Position numbers and translations under genes: made by a program. A DNA stretch of 64,000 nt from Felis catus (taxonomy: Eukaryota): the NCBI RefSeq assembly GCF_018350175.1, contig NC_058368.1, forward strand, positions 225,186,001 to 225,250,000, in the 5' to 3' direction. This document shows positions 13,442 through 26,618 of the stretch, piece after piece. The notes beneath the pieces are model-generated. The model had not been told where the DNA came from, did no database searches, and saw only the letters and a program-made list of their open reading frames with translations. Position 1 is the stretch's first letter. Each line of letters opens with the position of its first letter.

Positions 13442-13659
13442 AGGGCGCCTGGGTGGCTCAGTAGGGTAAACATCCAACTTCAGCTCCGGTCATGATCTCA
13501 CCGGTTGCGAGTTCGAGTGCCGCGTCTGACAGCTCAGAGCCCGGAGCCTGCTTCAGGTTCTGTGTGTCCCCCCACCACCCCCCCCCCCCGTCTGCCCCTC
13601 CCCCACTCGCACTCTGTCTCCCTCTCTCTCTCAAAAATAAACAGTAAAAAAAAATCTTT
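13442..13659 (+). mobile_element. CanSINE
   Basis: TSD aaagaaagtgtYggttc 13425-13441 / 13660-13676. Confidence 0.95.
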
Positions 13660-14183
13660 AAAGAAAGTGTTGGTTCCCCGTTATGATATTTCAAAAGCCA
13701 ACTATTCACCCTAAAATGTAAATTCTGATGAAGGTCTTTCAACTGCCTCTAGGGTATAGATTAAGATTAACGTTAACACAGATTCATCCCATTTTTTTTG
13801 TACACTAGAAAACATAACAAGTTACAGATCTCGTGAGATCTAGTGAAAGAACCAGTGAGGATGAGTTTGTCAGGATATCAAACTCAAGAACTATTCCAAA
13901 GACCAAACCAACAAAAATCCTAGCAGCCCGTACGGCCTAGGTGGGTAGAAAGAGTCGTGGAGGACAAAGGACAATTTTTCAAGCTACTGTGGTTGCTTGG
14001 CAATGTCCACGTGTGATTCTAGTTCACCAAGCAAGCCTATCATTTGGTCTCCTCACTTACCAATGCATGGCAGAAGAGAGCGTCCAGAGAACTAAGTGAT
14101 GCTGGTTATCCTACTAGATAAATATTAAAATTCTAAATTGCTGTCCTAGACTTTAAATCAGTATATCATGAGGTTAGTACTAG

Positions 14184-14708
14184 TGTGGTAGGCTCAGTAA
14201 CGCGCCCTTCCTCTCACCAAAGACACCCTGGTCCTAATCCTGGAACCTATGAATATACACCCTTACACGGCAAAAAAGATTTTGCAGTTGTGGCTAAAGA
14301 CCTTGAGATGGAGAGATGATCTTGGATTATCTGGTGGGTGAGGGTAATCACAATGGCCAAGCCAGGAGGGAGCCAAGCCAGGAGGACAAGGGTCAGAGTA
14401 TGAGCTGTGATGATGAAAGCAGAGGTCGGATGGTCAGAGAGGATTAGAGGTTCTGCAAGGCTGGATTTAGAGATGGAGGGAGGGGTCATGCCAAGGAATG
14501 TAGACGGCCTCTGGAAGTTGAAAAAGACCAGGGAAGAAATGGTCCCCAAGAGGCTCTCGCAAGACCTAGCCCTGAAGACAGCTTGGCTTTAGCCCAGGGA
14601 GACTGATTTTGGACTTTTGACATCCAGACTGTAAGTTAATAAAGTTGTACATTTTTCAGCAGCTAAGTTGGTGATGATTTGTTACAGCAGCCGTAAGAAA
14701 CTAATACA
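14184..14708 (+). mobile_element. MaLR solo LTR (MLT1D-like)
   Basis: tgtggtaggc start, ggcaaaaaagattttgcag..ccttgagatggagagatgatcttggattatc, end gttacagcagccgtaagaaactaataca. Confidence 0.85.
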
Positions 14709-16043
14709 GTCACTATGATTTATCTTACAGTCTGATCACCTCTAGATGAACTAAAAAATTAGATTTCTGAAAGATGAAAACTGATTTGTGGGGCCGTGAT
14801 GTTTATCTTTCCTCTCTCTCTCTCTCTCACTCATCATGATCATCTTCATTGCCTGCAAACAACAGAATATGGGATTCATTCTAGAATCGTATTCGTTCCT
14901 TTGAGCGCTCAGATCTAAGGAAAGCACACATCATTTCCATGGAGAAATTAGCGATAACAGAAAAGAAGCCTAGAATTTTAAACACTCACCAACTCAGGTT
15001 ACAACACATTCCATTCAGTAAACTTCCTCTACGTTACCCCTAGGATAGTATCTCTGTGCCTAATCACTCTGACGTGAGATTCGACCAGCTCAGTGATCTA
15101 CTTGCCCCGCCCATTATAAGGTGTGAAGGCACAGATTTGAAATGGGTAGGAAGGATGGATGGTAAAAGAATTCTAATATTAGCAGAAAGAAGAGAGAGGG
15201 AGGTCACAACCTGACAACATGTCTGAGACGTTCCTTTGAAAGAAAAAGGAAAGAAAAACGAAAAAAACCAGAACCCAGGATTTGGGAATAAAAAAAAAAA
15301 AAAAAAAAGGCAGCTGCCCGGAGCCATTTCACGAAGGACCGACTGTATCTAGACACCTCAGCAGAAGCCCTGGGCACATAAAATGTATTAAGTCACAGTG
15401 CATATCTGGAGTTTCTTGCGATTAGCCTGAGTCATCAGTAGAACATTCCATTGTGGTTTTTACACAATGCTTAATAAGGCAAAGAAGGATGTTCTATCGT
15501 TGTAAAGATAATTAAGTGTATGTTTTAATGCTTATCTGGGTAAGACCCCTTACTAATTCGCTTAATAGGAGGCCTCCCATTTCACAACAATGGCAAATAA
15601 AAGAAGTGTTAACATATTAGTAAATTAAGCCCATGCTAATTAGTAATAACGAGGAATCAGAAGCCCTTTAACTCACGCTGCTTTTTTTTTTTTTTTTTTC
15701 TCTCTGGGGTTACAGAGATTGAGGAAATCCTAACAGCAAAGACAAGAACCTCCTCGACTTATCATGTCCTTCGTGGTTTTGCCAATACCCCACAGGAGAT
15801 GATTTGGGAGCAACTTCGCAGGCAGTGTTTCACTCGTCCTACAATTTGGAGACTCTCCCTGGCCAGCTCCATAAAAGAGTTCCAATCGGATCGCGCCCAA
15901 GAAAGAGGCAAGAAGGGTGCATGCAACAAAAGGCATTTCTCTCATCAGCTCTCCTTTCCCGGGGCTCTCAGAAGCCTGGAGCCTCGAAGCAAGTCATGAA
16001 GACAGCATGCAAATGGCAGGTGTCATCAAAAGTCACGTTTTAA

Positions 16044-16259
16044 GGGGCGCCTGGGTGGCGCAGTCGGTTGAGCGTCCGACTTCAGCCAGGTCACGATCTC
16101 GCGGTCCGGGAGTTCGAGCCCCGCGTCAGGCTCTGGGCTGATGGCTCGGAGCCTGGAGCCTGTTTCCGATTCTGTGTCTCCCTCTCTCTCTGCCCCTCCC
16201 CCGTTCATGCTCTGTGTCTCTCTGTCCCAAAAATAAATAAACGTTGAAAAAAAAAAAAA
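16044..16259 (+). mobile_element. Young SINEC_Fc
   Basis: Perfect 16-bp TSD aaaagtcacgttttaa; pure A tail. Confidence 0.97.
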
Positions 16260-17262
16260 AAAAGTCACGTTTTAAAAAGTCACTTTAAAAGTGACTTTAA
16301 AAGGCGGAGCCAATTTCTATGGCCCTCCAGGTTTGCAGATGACCCAAGCTCTCTAAAATGAGAAGATGGAGTCATATTCTTGGCACAGATGGGTCTCCAC
16401 CACCCGCAGCCCTGAGTTTCCTTGGGTGAGGATTAAGTCCATGAATTAGACAGGTAACCGTCACTGTGAATATCAGAGAAACGGGTGTGTTAGGCGAGTG
16501 CCTTATACCCGGGCCTCCTCTCCCAGGTCTCGAAGAAGGCACTGGGTCACAGAGGGCATAGTCATAAACCAGAGTGAAAAGACCTGTCAGATCACCTGCG
16601 GCCGGCTCCAAGCTTGGATCCTCACCATCCACCTTCTCATCTTCAGGCTTCAGACACTATCTCAAGGTAAACACGAAGAGAGAAAGAATGCTACGTGCCC
16701 CCCAAGCTGCAGACTCAGGGAAGAACAGGAGGGAAAATCAGGTATCAACTTTGCGGGCAGGTTCACGGGGATTTTATGACATCCTTTCTACTCAGGCTTA
16801 GCGACTCTTCACCTGCAGGTCGTTCTCCAAGGTGATGCCGTGGGGCCCCTTCTGCGTCAGTTCATTTGGCCTGCTATCCAATCTTTGAGGGTTCTTCTGA
16901 TCACGGAGAAGACGCCAGTGGATACGCTCCACATAGCCCTTGACCTCAAGTAGCAGAGAAATTGAAAAGGAAGGAGGAAATTACAGTAAAATGTGGAATG
17001 TGCCCTGGCATGAGTAGTATGGGGTCCCATGGAAGGTTTTGGAGGGGCCGCATCAAAGTGAGCTGAGAAGGGTAGGTGGGAGTTATCAGCTGAAGGTGGA
17101 CGTGGGGGATGGGAGATCTTACTGGATAAGGAAATGATGGGAACAAAGGGCTAGTGATGAGAAGGTGAGCTGGGCGTTGGCACAAGGGAAAGAGGCTCCC
17201 ATCAGTTCCCCTCACGGGTCACCCTGGAACATTCCAAGCTGACTCAAAGAGAGATGAGGGGT

Positions 17263-17477
17263 GGGGCGCCGGGGTGGCTCAGTCGGTTAAGCATCCGACT
17301 TTCGGCTCAGGTCATGATCTCACGGTTCGTGAGCTCGAGCCCCGCGCCAGGCACCGTGCTGACAGCTCAGAGCCTGGAGCCTGCTTCGGATTCTGGGTCT
17401 CCCTCTCTCTCTGCCCCTCCTCTGCTCATTCTCTGTCTCAAAAATAGATAAAAGACATTAAAAAATAATTTTTTTTT
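17263..17477 (+). mobile_element. CanSINE
   Basis: Head, CT tract and tail; degenerate TSD aaaga..gaggggt. Confidence 0.95.
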
Positions 17478-17792
17478 AAAGAATGACGAGGGGTCTATGA
17501 AAGGCTCTAGGTATGCCAGCCTCATCAGCGTGGTTGCATGCAGAAACCTTTGGCTGCAGCACTATGGATGTGGCAAACCATCCAAGAAGACTTCATGGAA
17601 GGTTCTGGAATCTCTCAGAGAAGATCCTCATGACACCAGAGAGGGATACGCACCCTGGGGAGCATGATGACCTCTCCAGAATTAGGCTCAGTGGTGGAAG
17701 GTCTGGTGCCTGACATCCCTGCTGAATCTAGTGATAAATGAATTTCCTTGGCCTGCACTGTGATCATTTTTAATGAACATACATGTCTTTTT

Positions 17793-18002
17793 TTTTGAAA
17801 GGTTTCATTTATTTTTGAGATAGAAAGAGACAGAGCATGAGCAGGGGAGGGGCAGAGAGAAAGGGAGACACAGAATCTGAAGCAGGCTCCAGGCTCTGAG
17901 CGGTCAGCACAGAGCCCGACGCGGGGCTCGAACTCATGGACTGCGAGATCAGGACCCGAGCCGAAGTCGGACGCCCAACCGACTGAGCCACCCAGGTGCC
18001 CC
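17793..18002 (-). mobile_element. CanSINE
   Basis: TSD atacatgtcttttt. Confidence 0.95.
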
Positions 18003-18304
18003 GTATACATGTCTTTTTAAAGGAGAGCTTGCCCTCTCCACCACTCCCTATTTTCCTAAAGTCGGCCCAAGTTACACATTTAGGTTAACCGTAGGCTTGT
18101 GAGCCACTGAAAAAAATATGAAACTTTTTTTTACATTTAATATACAACATTATCATCACCCTTTTGGGCATTTGGGACACCAAGATGCAAACGACTGTAT
18201 CATGTACCAGGCAAGCATTTGGGGTTCCAAGAAGCACGAAATAGTATTCCTATTCCCAGGGAGGATCCCTTTTTTGGAGAAGGTATAAAAAGATAATCAG
18301 CAAA

Positions 18305-19072
18305 CAATTTGAAGAGACATTTCACCAGTGAAGGTGTACATAGAAAAGAGGCTTGTTCTTAGCCATTAGGGAAAACCAAATCAAAACCCACTCGAAAGGC
18401 TATCATCAAAAAGACCACAACAAGAGGCAGATGCGGAAAAACTGGAATCCTCACACATTGCTGGTAGGTTGTAACACGATGCAGCCACTTTGGGAAACAG
18501 TTCGGCTGCTTCTGAAAAAATGAAGCATGAAGTTACCAGAGGACCCAGCCATTCACCCTCCGGAAATTTTATTCCAGAGAAATAAAAGCATACATCCGCG
18601 TGAATGTCCACAGCAGCATCATTCACAATAACGAACATCATGGAAATAATCAAAATGACCATCAACTGGTAAATAGATAAACAAAATGAGACATCCACAT
18701 AGTGGAACTCCATTCCACAACGTGAAGGAAGCATTAACACATACCACGACATGCATGAACCTCAGAAGGCTACGAAGTGAACGGCACCAGTCACAAAAGA
18801 CCACATATTGTGTGATTCCGTGTACATGCAAAGTCCAGAAAAAACAAATCTATGGAGAAAGAAAGCTCTCTGGTGCCTGGGGTTGGAGATAGGACAAGAG
18901 AGGGACGGCCGATAGCCACACAAGATCTTTCTGGCATACTAAAAACGTTCCAAACTTGGATTGTGCTGATGGTCACACAACTCTGCAAATTTACTAAAAA
19001 TCATTTAATTGTACGTAATGAGTGAATTTTATGGAATATGAATTATACTCCCCGTCAAGCTGATTTTAAAAA
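18305..19072 (+). mobile_element. Old L1M (L1MB-like) ORF2 end and 3'UTR
   Basis: agacatttcacca..cacattgctggtagg..gcagccactttgggaaacagt..cagtcacaaaagaccacatattg..gtgaattttatggaatatgaattatac. Confidence 0.85.
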
Positions 19073-19134
19073 GAAAGTCACATATTATGAAATACAGTAA
19101 GTGTCAACTTGATGGTTTAAAAAATTGGCCTCCA

Positions 19135-19469
19135 GGGGCGCCTGGGTGGCTCAGTCGGCTAAGGGTCTAACTTCGGCTCAGGTCATGATCTCACGGCTGG
19201 TGGGTTTGAGCCCCGCGTCGGGCTGTGTGCTGACAGCTCGGAGCCTGGAGCCTGCTTCACATTCTGTATCTTCCTCTCTCTCTCTGCCCCTCCCCTGCTC
19301 ACACTAAAAATAAATAAATAAGTAAATAAATAAATAAATAAATAAACAAACATTGAAATAAATAAACATTAAAATAAACATTAAAAAACATTATATAAAC
19401 ATTAAATAAATAAACATTAAAACATTAAAGAAAGAAAGAAAGAAAGAAACATTAAAAAAAATTTTTTTT
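19135..19469 (+). mobile_element. CanSINE with expanded tail
   Basis: TSD aattggcctcca 19123-19134 / 19470-19481. Confidence 0.95.
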
Positions 19470-20349
19470 AATTGGCCTCCAAACTTAAGGTCATATCTGT
19501 ACCCCTCTCATCAAAACTATGTGTTCGTCTTCAATATATACGCATTTATTTCTTTACAAATAATGAAATGAATATATTAACATATTATGTGGAACATACA
19601 ATACACCCCAAAAGTAAAACTAAAAGGAGATTTAAAACACATAAACAGGTAATATTTTAATATAAAATTACTGATTTCATCACAAGGTCCTTATGAATAA
19701 AGGGATCTAGGGGTTAAAATTACTGAACAAAAGGAATCCTAGAGTAATAGACATCTGAATGTGGAAGGCTGCTAAAATCAACTGGGGATTCTGTCATGGA
19801 CAAGACCACCCACGCATAATAAGCCCTCCGACTATTCATCAGTTTGAAAATCATGTCCAATGTAGGGCTGTGTTTGCCGGTGAACAATGGAACATCCATC
19901 AAAATAAACCCAGCTGTTCTGAGGACGGCAAACATTCAGGGACACGGGATTGCAGACGTTGTTGATAATAAACGTCAAAGAGGAGAGTTCAAAAGAAGAG
20001 GACAGAGTAAGAAAAGTTGGAGAAAGAATTTCTCTGAAGACGAAGCTTCCTACATGATGCGACCGTTTGCTTCCGGGTAAGATGGATTTTGTCGCGTCAC
20101 TCGACTGTGGCCAAAGAGTTACTGAGAAAGATAGTGCCAGGTAGGTGTGGAGCTACAACAGCTATTGCATCTTTAGACGGGTTTGTTACATCCATTGGTG
20201 TTTACCCTTTACCGTGTTCTCTGTGGTTTCACATTACAAAAATAATGATTTCCGTTGATTTGGATGTTTGCAGTCTGATACTTGCAGGGAGCTACAAAAA
20301 ATAAGTGTATATAACCAAGACAGAGGATTCTTACCAGTTGTAAGAGACA

Positions 20350-20660
20350 AAGTTGGACAAGGAATGTAGAGCCAGATCCTAAAGGACCTTAAAGCAAACT
20401 TTTGGAGTTTGGACCGTTTCTTTGTCGCCACCATAGAGGCCACTGTTTTGGAGCACGGGGGAATCTGAACAGTGTGGCTTTCGCAAGAATTAGCAGACTG
20501 CCACACACAGGATGGGGAGAGATGGGAGGCAGGGTTCTAACTGGTTAGAATTCTAACAATCCAAAGCCCAGTGCAGGATGGGATTGAGGGTCTAGACCAA
20601 GATGGTGGCAATGAGAAGAGAGAAAACAGTAAAACGAGAAGATTGTCTAATAGTTGATGG
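20350..20660 (-). mobile_element. L2 fragment
   Basis: gccagatcctaaaggacctt..ggagtttgga..gaggccactg..gaccaagatggtggcaatg. Confidence 0.6.
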
Positions 20661-21462
20661 TGATGTAGGGGTTTCTCAGTCTTGGGGCCAAAAACTCTCC
20701 AACACCAGGCCAGAGGGCAAGTTCAACTGAAGTGCACAAAAATAATCTATAAGCTAATCTCCACTGGGCTTCTTTGGGTAAGATGCATGGCCTGAGACGT
20801 TTGGAAACAGGTCCAAGACCAGGAGCTGCTCTGCCATTTTTAGCCCCAAAAGTATCTGCATCTCTTGTCCTGTTTCGTTGCTTCTCAATGGAACTCTCAA
20901 AGAGGCAGAGGAAAGGACTGAGGACGTGTGATCGATTTTGTTTTTAAGTAGTAAATAAAAGCATCTCATTTTGGAAAGGGGGACTTCCTCTCCATCCAAA
21001 TTAGAGGCATTTTGTAAGGAGGACTCAAGCGAGAATTAAAAGACCCACAAAATCCTCATCCAGTGATTTGAACTTGAATGTGTCGTCGTTTATGATGGTG
21101 TTCAGCCACTCTGGGAGAAACAAGGTTGTGTTACTTCCAGGAGCCTGATATCTACACGTTCTTTACATGTGAGGAGGCCATAGCCAAGTGACCAATTAAA
21201 CACAATAACCCCCTGTTATTATTTTAGCTTCAAAACAAAAAAGCTATTTTCCCATTAGTTTTTGTGTCCTATTGTCGCTATGGAGTTACTCGGGAAGAAA
21301 TGTAACAGGAAGTCTGTCCTAATAATCCGTTTTCTTTCTTGCCTACATAAAAACTCAAAAGTTTGAATTTTGTTGGTGAATCAAACTGAAAAATGAAACA
21401 AACAAACAAACAAACAAAGATAATGTTTTCTATACTACCTGATAATAAAATTCAGAATTTTA

Positions 21463-21688
21463 GGGGCACCTGGGTGGCTCAGTTGGTTAAATGTCCGACT
21501 TCAGCTCAGGTCACGATCTCACAGTTCATGGGTTCAAGCCCCGTGTCAGGCTCTGTGCCGACAGCGCAGGGCCTGGAGCCTGCTTCCGATTCTGTGTCTC
21601 CCTCTCTCTCTCTCTGCCGCTTCCCCACTTGCGCTCTGTCTCTGTCTCTCTCTCTCAAATAAATAAACATTAAAATAAATAAAAAAAA
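21463..21688 (+). mobile_element. CanSINE
   Basis: ggggcacctgggtggctcag head, CT tract, A tail. Confidence 0.95.
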
Positions 21689-22952
21689 TAATTCAAAATT
21701 TAATATAGAATTGTCTTCCAGATCTATTCTCTCACTTTCCAACATCTCCGTATTTCAAGATTGGTTGATGGCGATGGTCAGTCAGGCAAACTGTAGGCCT
21801 TGGCTTCCTTCATGGAAGTAGTCATAGCGCCAGACATGTGGTTTCCTATACAGTCCCATCCTGAAGATTACAACCACAAAAGTCATCTTCTTCTTCCACT
21901 TCCCTTGTGGAATCTACTCTTTGTGGGTCTAAAACAGCAAGATTTTTCTGCTCTAAAGATCAAAAGCAGAAATGTCATCTTCTGGTTATTAATCAGGTCA
22001 TGATGTAGTTTCCCTGGTTTGGAATGAGCAAAGCATCCCTTTTCAGACAATCTATAACCTCTACTGCCACAAGAAAACAGAAGCATTTGGTATACGGTCA
22101 GGTGAAGTCAATGTTTGTTCAATGTTTCTGATGACAACAAAATAGAAAATCTTGGCAGGCAAGTCTGTCTATCATCATTATTCTAGACTATTTCAAGACA
22201 GGAAATTAAACCCAAACCTTGAAACTGTCTTTCCCTACAGGAAAGTCAGCCATCTTCTTTCTTGAATATTCTCCCTTCTAATCTTAGTGAGGAGTTTATG
22301 GAATATCTCTTTCTGGCAATATGATAACCAAGGAGAAATCTGGAAACGCTGAAAAGCAAGCCAGTCCCAAAGTGGCTGCATTCTTAGGGTTGTATGTTAA
22401 ACTCTGAGGATGCAATAAACTTTAGGGTTGTTCAGTCTGGAATCTAATAGGAGACCCTTTACCTAAAGCCAGACCCCAAAGGGAACCAAGAAATACATCA
22501 CACACAAAAGGAAACCAAAACCAAAATGAAACAAAACAAAAACTACATACCTATTCGTGTTGGATGAATGAAACAGAGATCTCGTTTAAGATTTTGTAAT
22601 TACAGTCTGGCCCTTACGTGGGTTTTCAGTCTAAATGTACGTTGCCCATGTGATCAGAAACATCTCAAAAGAAAACTAGATTACAGTAATCTCAATTTTA
22701 TTGCAAGCAGAAGCAAGCTATATGCTCTCTGAAGGATCTCTAATTCAAACCAAATCTCGAATTTCCACTAATAAATCTCTGAGGAAAATGGGAAGTTTTC
22801 ATTCAAATTTCAGGAAACACAAATGGAGCAGGTACCATAAGAGAATCAGTAAAAATAACAAATCGCTGAAACAGGCATGCAAACTTTTATATATTGGAGT
22901 GATTAGATACAATATAATAACTATACTTAATAGTTTGTAGAGGACATTTTTT

Positions 22953-23054
22953 TCAAGTGGTCTTCATGCCCAGCACGGAGCCAAACGTGGGGCCTGAACT
23001 CACAATCCTGAGATCAAGACACTGAGCTCAAGGACTGAGACACCCAGGTGCCCC
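22953..23054 (-). mobile_element. Short older CanSINE (no CT tract)
   Basis: tRNA-like head then A tail; TSD agaggacatttttt. Confidence 0.85.
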
Positions 23055-23347
23055 AAGAGGACATTTTTTAAAAGAAGCTTTCTAATGTGATCAAGGAAGA
23101 CACAAAATTTAAAAAGAACACAACTTTTTAAAGCAAAAAGTGTGGTGATTGAAGTAAAAACTCAATAAACATGAATATTTGGCAATATCAAGGAGTTACT
23201 GTTAATGACTTTAAGTAGAACAATGATATGCTGGGAAATGTCCTTATTTCGGAGAGAAGCATGCTAATTTCTGAATTGAGACTCATGGTATCTGCAACTT
23301 ATTTTTAAGAGGTTTTAAAAAGAGGGACAAATGGAAAGACAGATCAG

Positions 23348-23392
23348 TGGATGGATGGATGGATGGATGGATGGACGGATGGCTGGATGGAG
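23348..23392 (+). repeat. (TGGA)n microsatellite
   Basis: Direct read. Confidence 0.9.
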
Positions 23393-23785
23393 GCAGTGGG
23401 ATGGTTAAAGAGATCGAGAGAGGGACACAGGCATGGGATGGCTGGATGGAAAAAGCAAATATAAGGAGAAGTTAACAATTTATTGACTCTAGTTGGGTGG
23501 ATAGACAGGTATCTATCAAAGTATTCTTTCACCTCTTCAGTATCTTGGAGTTTTTCGTAATAAAAGTTGTAAGTAAAAGGAATCTGTCTGAATAGGACAA
23601 AGACCTCCTTCTCACTCCCAGAGTCTCTACTTCCGAAATTCCCCATGCTTTTCCTTCTTGTTTTTCCCTGATGCCGTCCTATTCTCTTCCCAGACAACAG
23701 TTTCCTACCTCCTCAGTGGGCACTTAGGGAAAGCTGCACTTTGTGGAGAAACAGAACTCGATTGTCTAAGATGAAACTTGTCCTT

Positions 23786-24007
23786 GGGCGCCTGGGTGGC
23801 TCAGTGGGTTCAGCATCCCACTTCAGCTCAGGTCGTGATCTCACGGTTCGTGGGTTCGAGCCCCGCGCCGGGCTCTGTGCTGACGGCTCGGAACCTGGAG
23901 CCGGCTTCTGATTCTGTCTCTCCCTCTCTCTCTGCCCCTCCCCCGCTTGCAGTCTGCCTCTCTCTCTCCCTCAAAAATAAGTTAACACTGAAATCACTTT
24001 AAAAAAA
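23786..24007 (+). mobile_element. CanSINE
   Basis: Head, B-box, CT tract and tail. Confidence 0.95.
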
Positions 24008-24160
24008 GTTTACTAATCATCAACCACGATTATTATTGAAATGGAGACTCCCTTTTGTATCTGTAGCCATCTGAAATTTCCACGATGCTCCTCCTTCACT
24101 CTTTAGTGTTGAGTCTCCAACTGAGCCAGTCTTCCCCTCCTTTTGAGAAGGCATGTGTGT

Positions 24161-24364
24161 GGGGCACCTGAGTGGCTCAGTCAGTTAAGCAGCTGACCGG
24201 CTCAGGTCATAATCTCAAGGTTTGTGAGTTCGAGCTCCACGTTAGGCTTGCTTCCATCAGCACAGAGCCTGCTTCGGATCCTCTGTCCCCATGTCTCTCT
24301 CTCTTAACTTAAAAAATTAAGTTAATAAAACTTAAAAAAAAAAGAGAGAGACACAGAGAGAGAG
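24161..24364 (+). mobile_element. CanSINE
   Basis: Head ggggcacctgagtggctcag; TSD gagaaggcaYRtgt. Confidence 0.9.
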
Positions 24365-24713
24365 AGAAGGCACATGTTCATGCACACACACACACAAACA
24401 CACACACTTCCCCCCACTGTACCGAACCAAAGCGCAGGTGGACCTACGAGAGTTGAACAGAGACATGATGAAGCAGACCACCAAGGTACACAAAGACAGG
24501 ATCCTTGGAAGGACCTGAGCATTCGCTGACCTCTCCCCCGGGAAAAGTAAAGGAAGATCGTGTCATTCTCAGACACTCGCGTCATTAAGTGGGTGTAAAA
24601 TTGAAACCAAAGTGAAATCTTCCTTTTCACGTTGAAAGCAGTTCGCGTAAGTAGTCTGTGTGCCCTGGCTGCTTCTGCTGCACATTATTAAGGGATTTAG
24701 AAGATTAATTTTC

Positions 24714-24935
24714 GGGGCACCTGGGTGGCTCAGTCGGTGAAGCGTCCGACTTTGGCTCGCGTCATGATCTTGCGGTCCATGAGTTCGAGCCCCGCGTCGG
24801 GCTCTGTGCAGACAGCTCGGAGCCTGGAGCCTGTTTCGGATTCTGTGTCTCCCTCTCTCTCTGCCCCTCCCCTGCTCGTGCTCTGTCTCTCTCTCTGTCT
24901 CAGAAATAAATAAATGTTAAAAAATTTAAAAAAAA
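24714..24935 (+). mobile_element. CanSINE
   Basis: TSD aagattaattttcg. Confidence 0.95.
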
Positions 24936-25653
24936 AAGATTAATTTTCGTTTCAGAGGCCACTATGCTAGCATGAAGCAAATAAGCCCACTGCCTCAGAG
25001 AGAAGCCGATGGCTGCTGGGCAGGGGAAGGGAGCCCAATCATCCCGCTTTGCACGGACCCCGTGATGGCCCACATCCTCTTCGCTGCAGTGTGCGGCGTG
25101 CACGTCTCTTCAACTCACCAACTATGAGGAGAGAACCCTCAGCAGGAAGCGAAAGTCTCAACGTGGCGGACCCGTAATCTCATCTAGAGTGACAACTGCC
25201 ACGTTCCTAAACCACAAGTATTCATTTCCACAATTTGCGATCATCTGCCCTAGACAAGAGCTCAGGGTAGCAGGCTGGTCTCCTGCCCCATAGCCTGTTC
25301 CACTAAAACCAGACCCGTAATCAAATGCTAAGAAAATACATGCCCTCAACCCTGAAACAGAACTGTGAATGCAAAGTATCTGGAAGCCGTGTTCTCCCGA
25401 AGCAGGGACACACGGGTAAATCTAGTTTGCATATGGAAATGAAGGTAAATCTAGTTTGCACATGGAAATGAAGGTTGCTTTGCTTCCCTGCACAACATTA
25501 TCCGGAAACGAACGTTAGCATCCTCTGACTCTGCGTTCCATCTCTGGACAGAAGACTGTCAGTGACGGTGACTGACAGAAGCTCTGCTCAGGCACAGGGA
25601 GGGAGGGGGTGGGGGAGACGGAGGTCTGGGGGTTTAGGAACAAAGGGTTTAGA

Positions 25654-25964
25654 GCACGCGCAAGCAGACCTTTTGTGTAAAGGCACAGGCTCTGTGGACC
25701 ACTGGTCTCTCTTGCATCTACTCAGCTCTGCCAGTGCGATGTGACAGCAGCCAGACACAGTCTGTAAAGGAAGGGGCGTGGCCGTGTTAGGATAAAACCG
25801 TATTGATGGACAGACACGGCGATGCGACCCTTAGAGCATTTTTTTACCTATCACAGAATAGCGATCACGTTTCTTCACCGTTCAAATATATAAAAACCTT
25901 TCTTTGCTCACCAGCCATACAGCGCCGGGCAGAAGGCCCACAGGCTGTAGTTTGTCGGCTTCTG
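25654..25964 (+). mobile_element. MER58B-like hAT-Charlie element
   Basis: tgtaaagg..ctactcagctctgcc..gcagccagacac..gcgtggccgtgtt..ataaaac..ggcccacaggctgtagtttg. Confidence 0.7.
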
Positions 25965-26618
25965 ATTTAGAGCCCGGATTTTCAAACACGGGCACCATCA
26001 AAATCAGCTGGAGAATGCGACGAAACACGGATCCTTGGGCCCCCCTCCAGAGTTTCTGCTCCCAAAGGACAGGACCGAGGCTGACCATTTGCATTCACAA
26101 GTACCGGGGGATGCCGAGGCTGGCAAGATCTAAACAGAGACCTGTGGTCTAGAAACAAGGGGAGCGAGGAGAAGGGAAAAAAGAAATGTCCACGATGGCC
26201 AGGATAGATCAGCAAGAGCCACTTTGAGGTCATACAGGGAAAGCCTATATAAATTTTACATACAAATTAGGAGACAGAAACGGACATAATTGAGTTTCAA
26301 TCCTCTCTGCCTGGAAAGTTCTACTCTCATATATCTATAGGAGCAACCCCTTCACTCCCTTCAAATCTGCTCAGATACCTTCTCTGCAAACGCTCTTCGC
26401 CCAGTCGCCCATTAGCATTGTGTATTAACCCTGGCCCACTCACCACACTTACCCCCAGACCCCCTCCCTTATTTGTCAGCCAGTCACCGCTAATAAACCA
26501 TATAACTGACCTCCATATTATTTATTATCTGTCTTGCCCTTACCACGCTCCCCCCCCCCCCATGTTCCTATATCCCTAGAATATAAGCTTCTTCAGGGCA
26601 TGGAAAACCGATGAGTAT

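Noticed and set aside
16276..16298. Short inverted repeat aaagtcacttt-a-aaagtgacttt (also the palindrome at 803-820)
   Set aside because: Short and AT-rich; most likely local template-switch products with no evidence of function.
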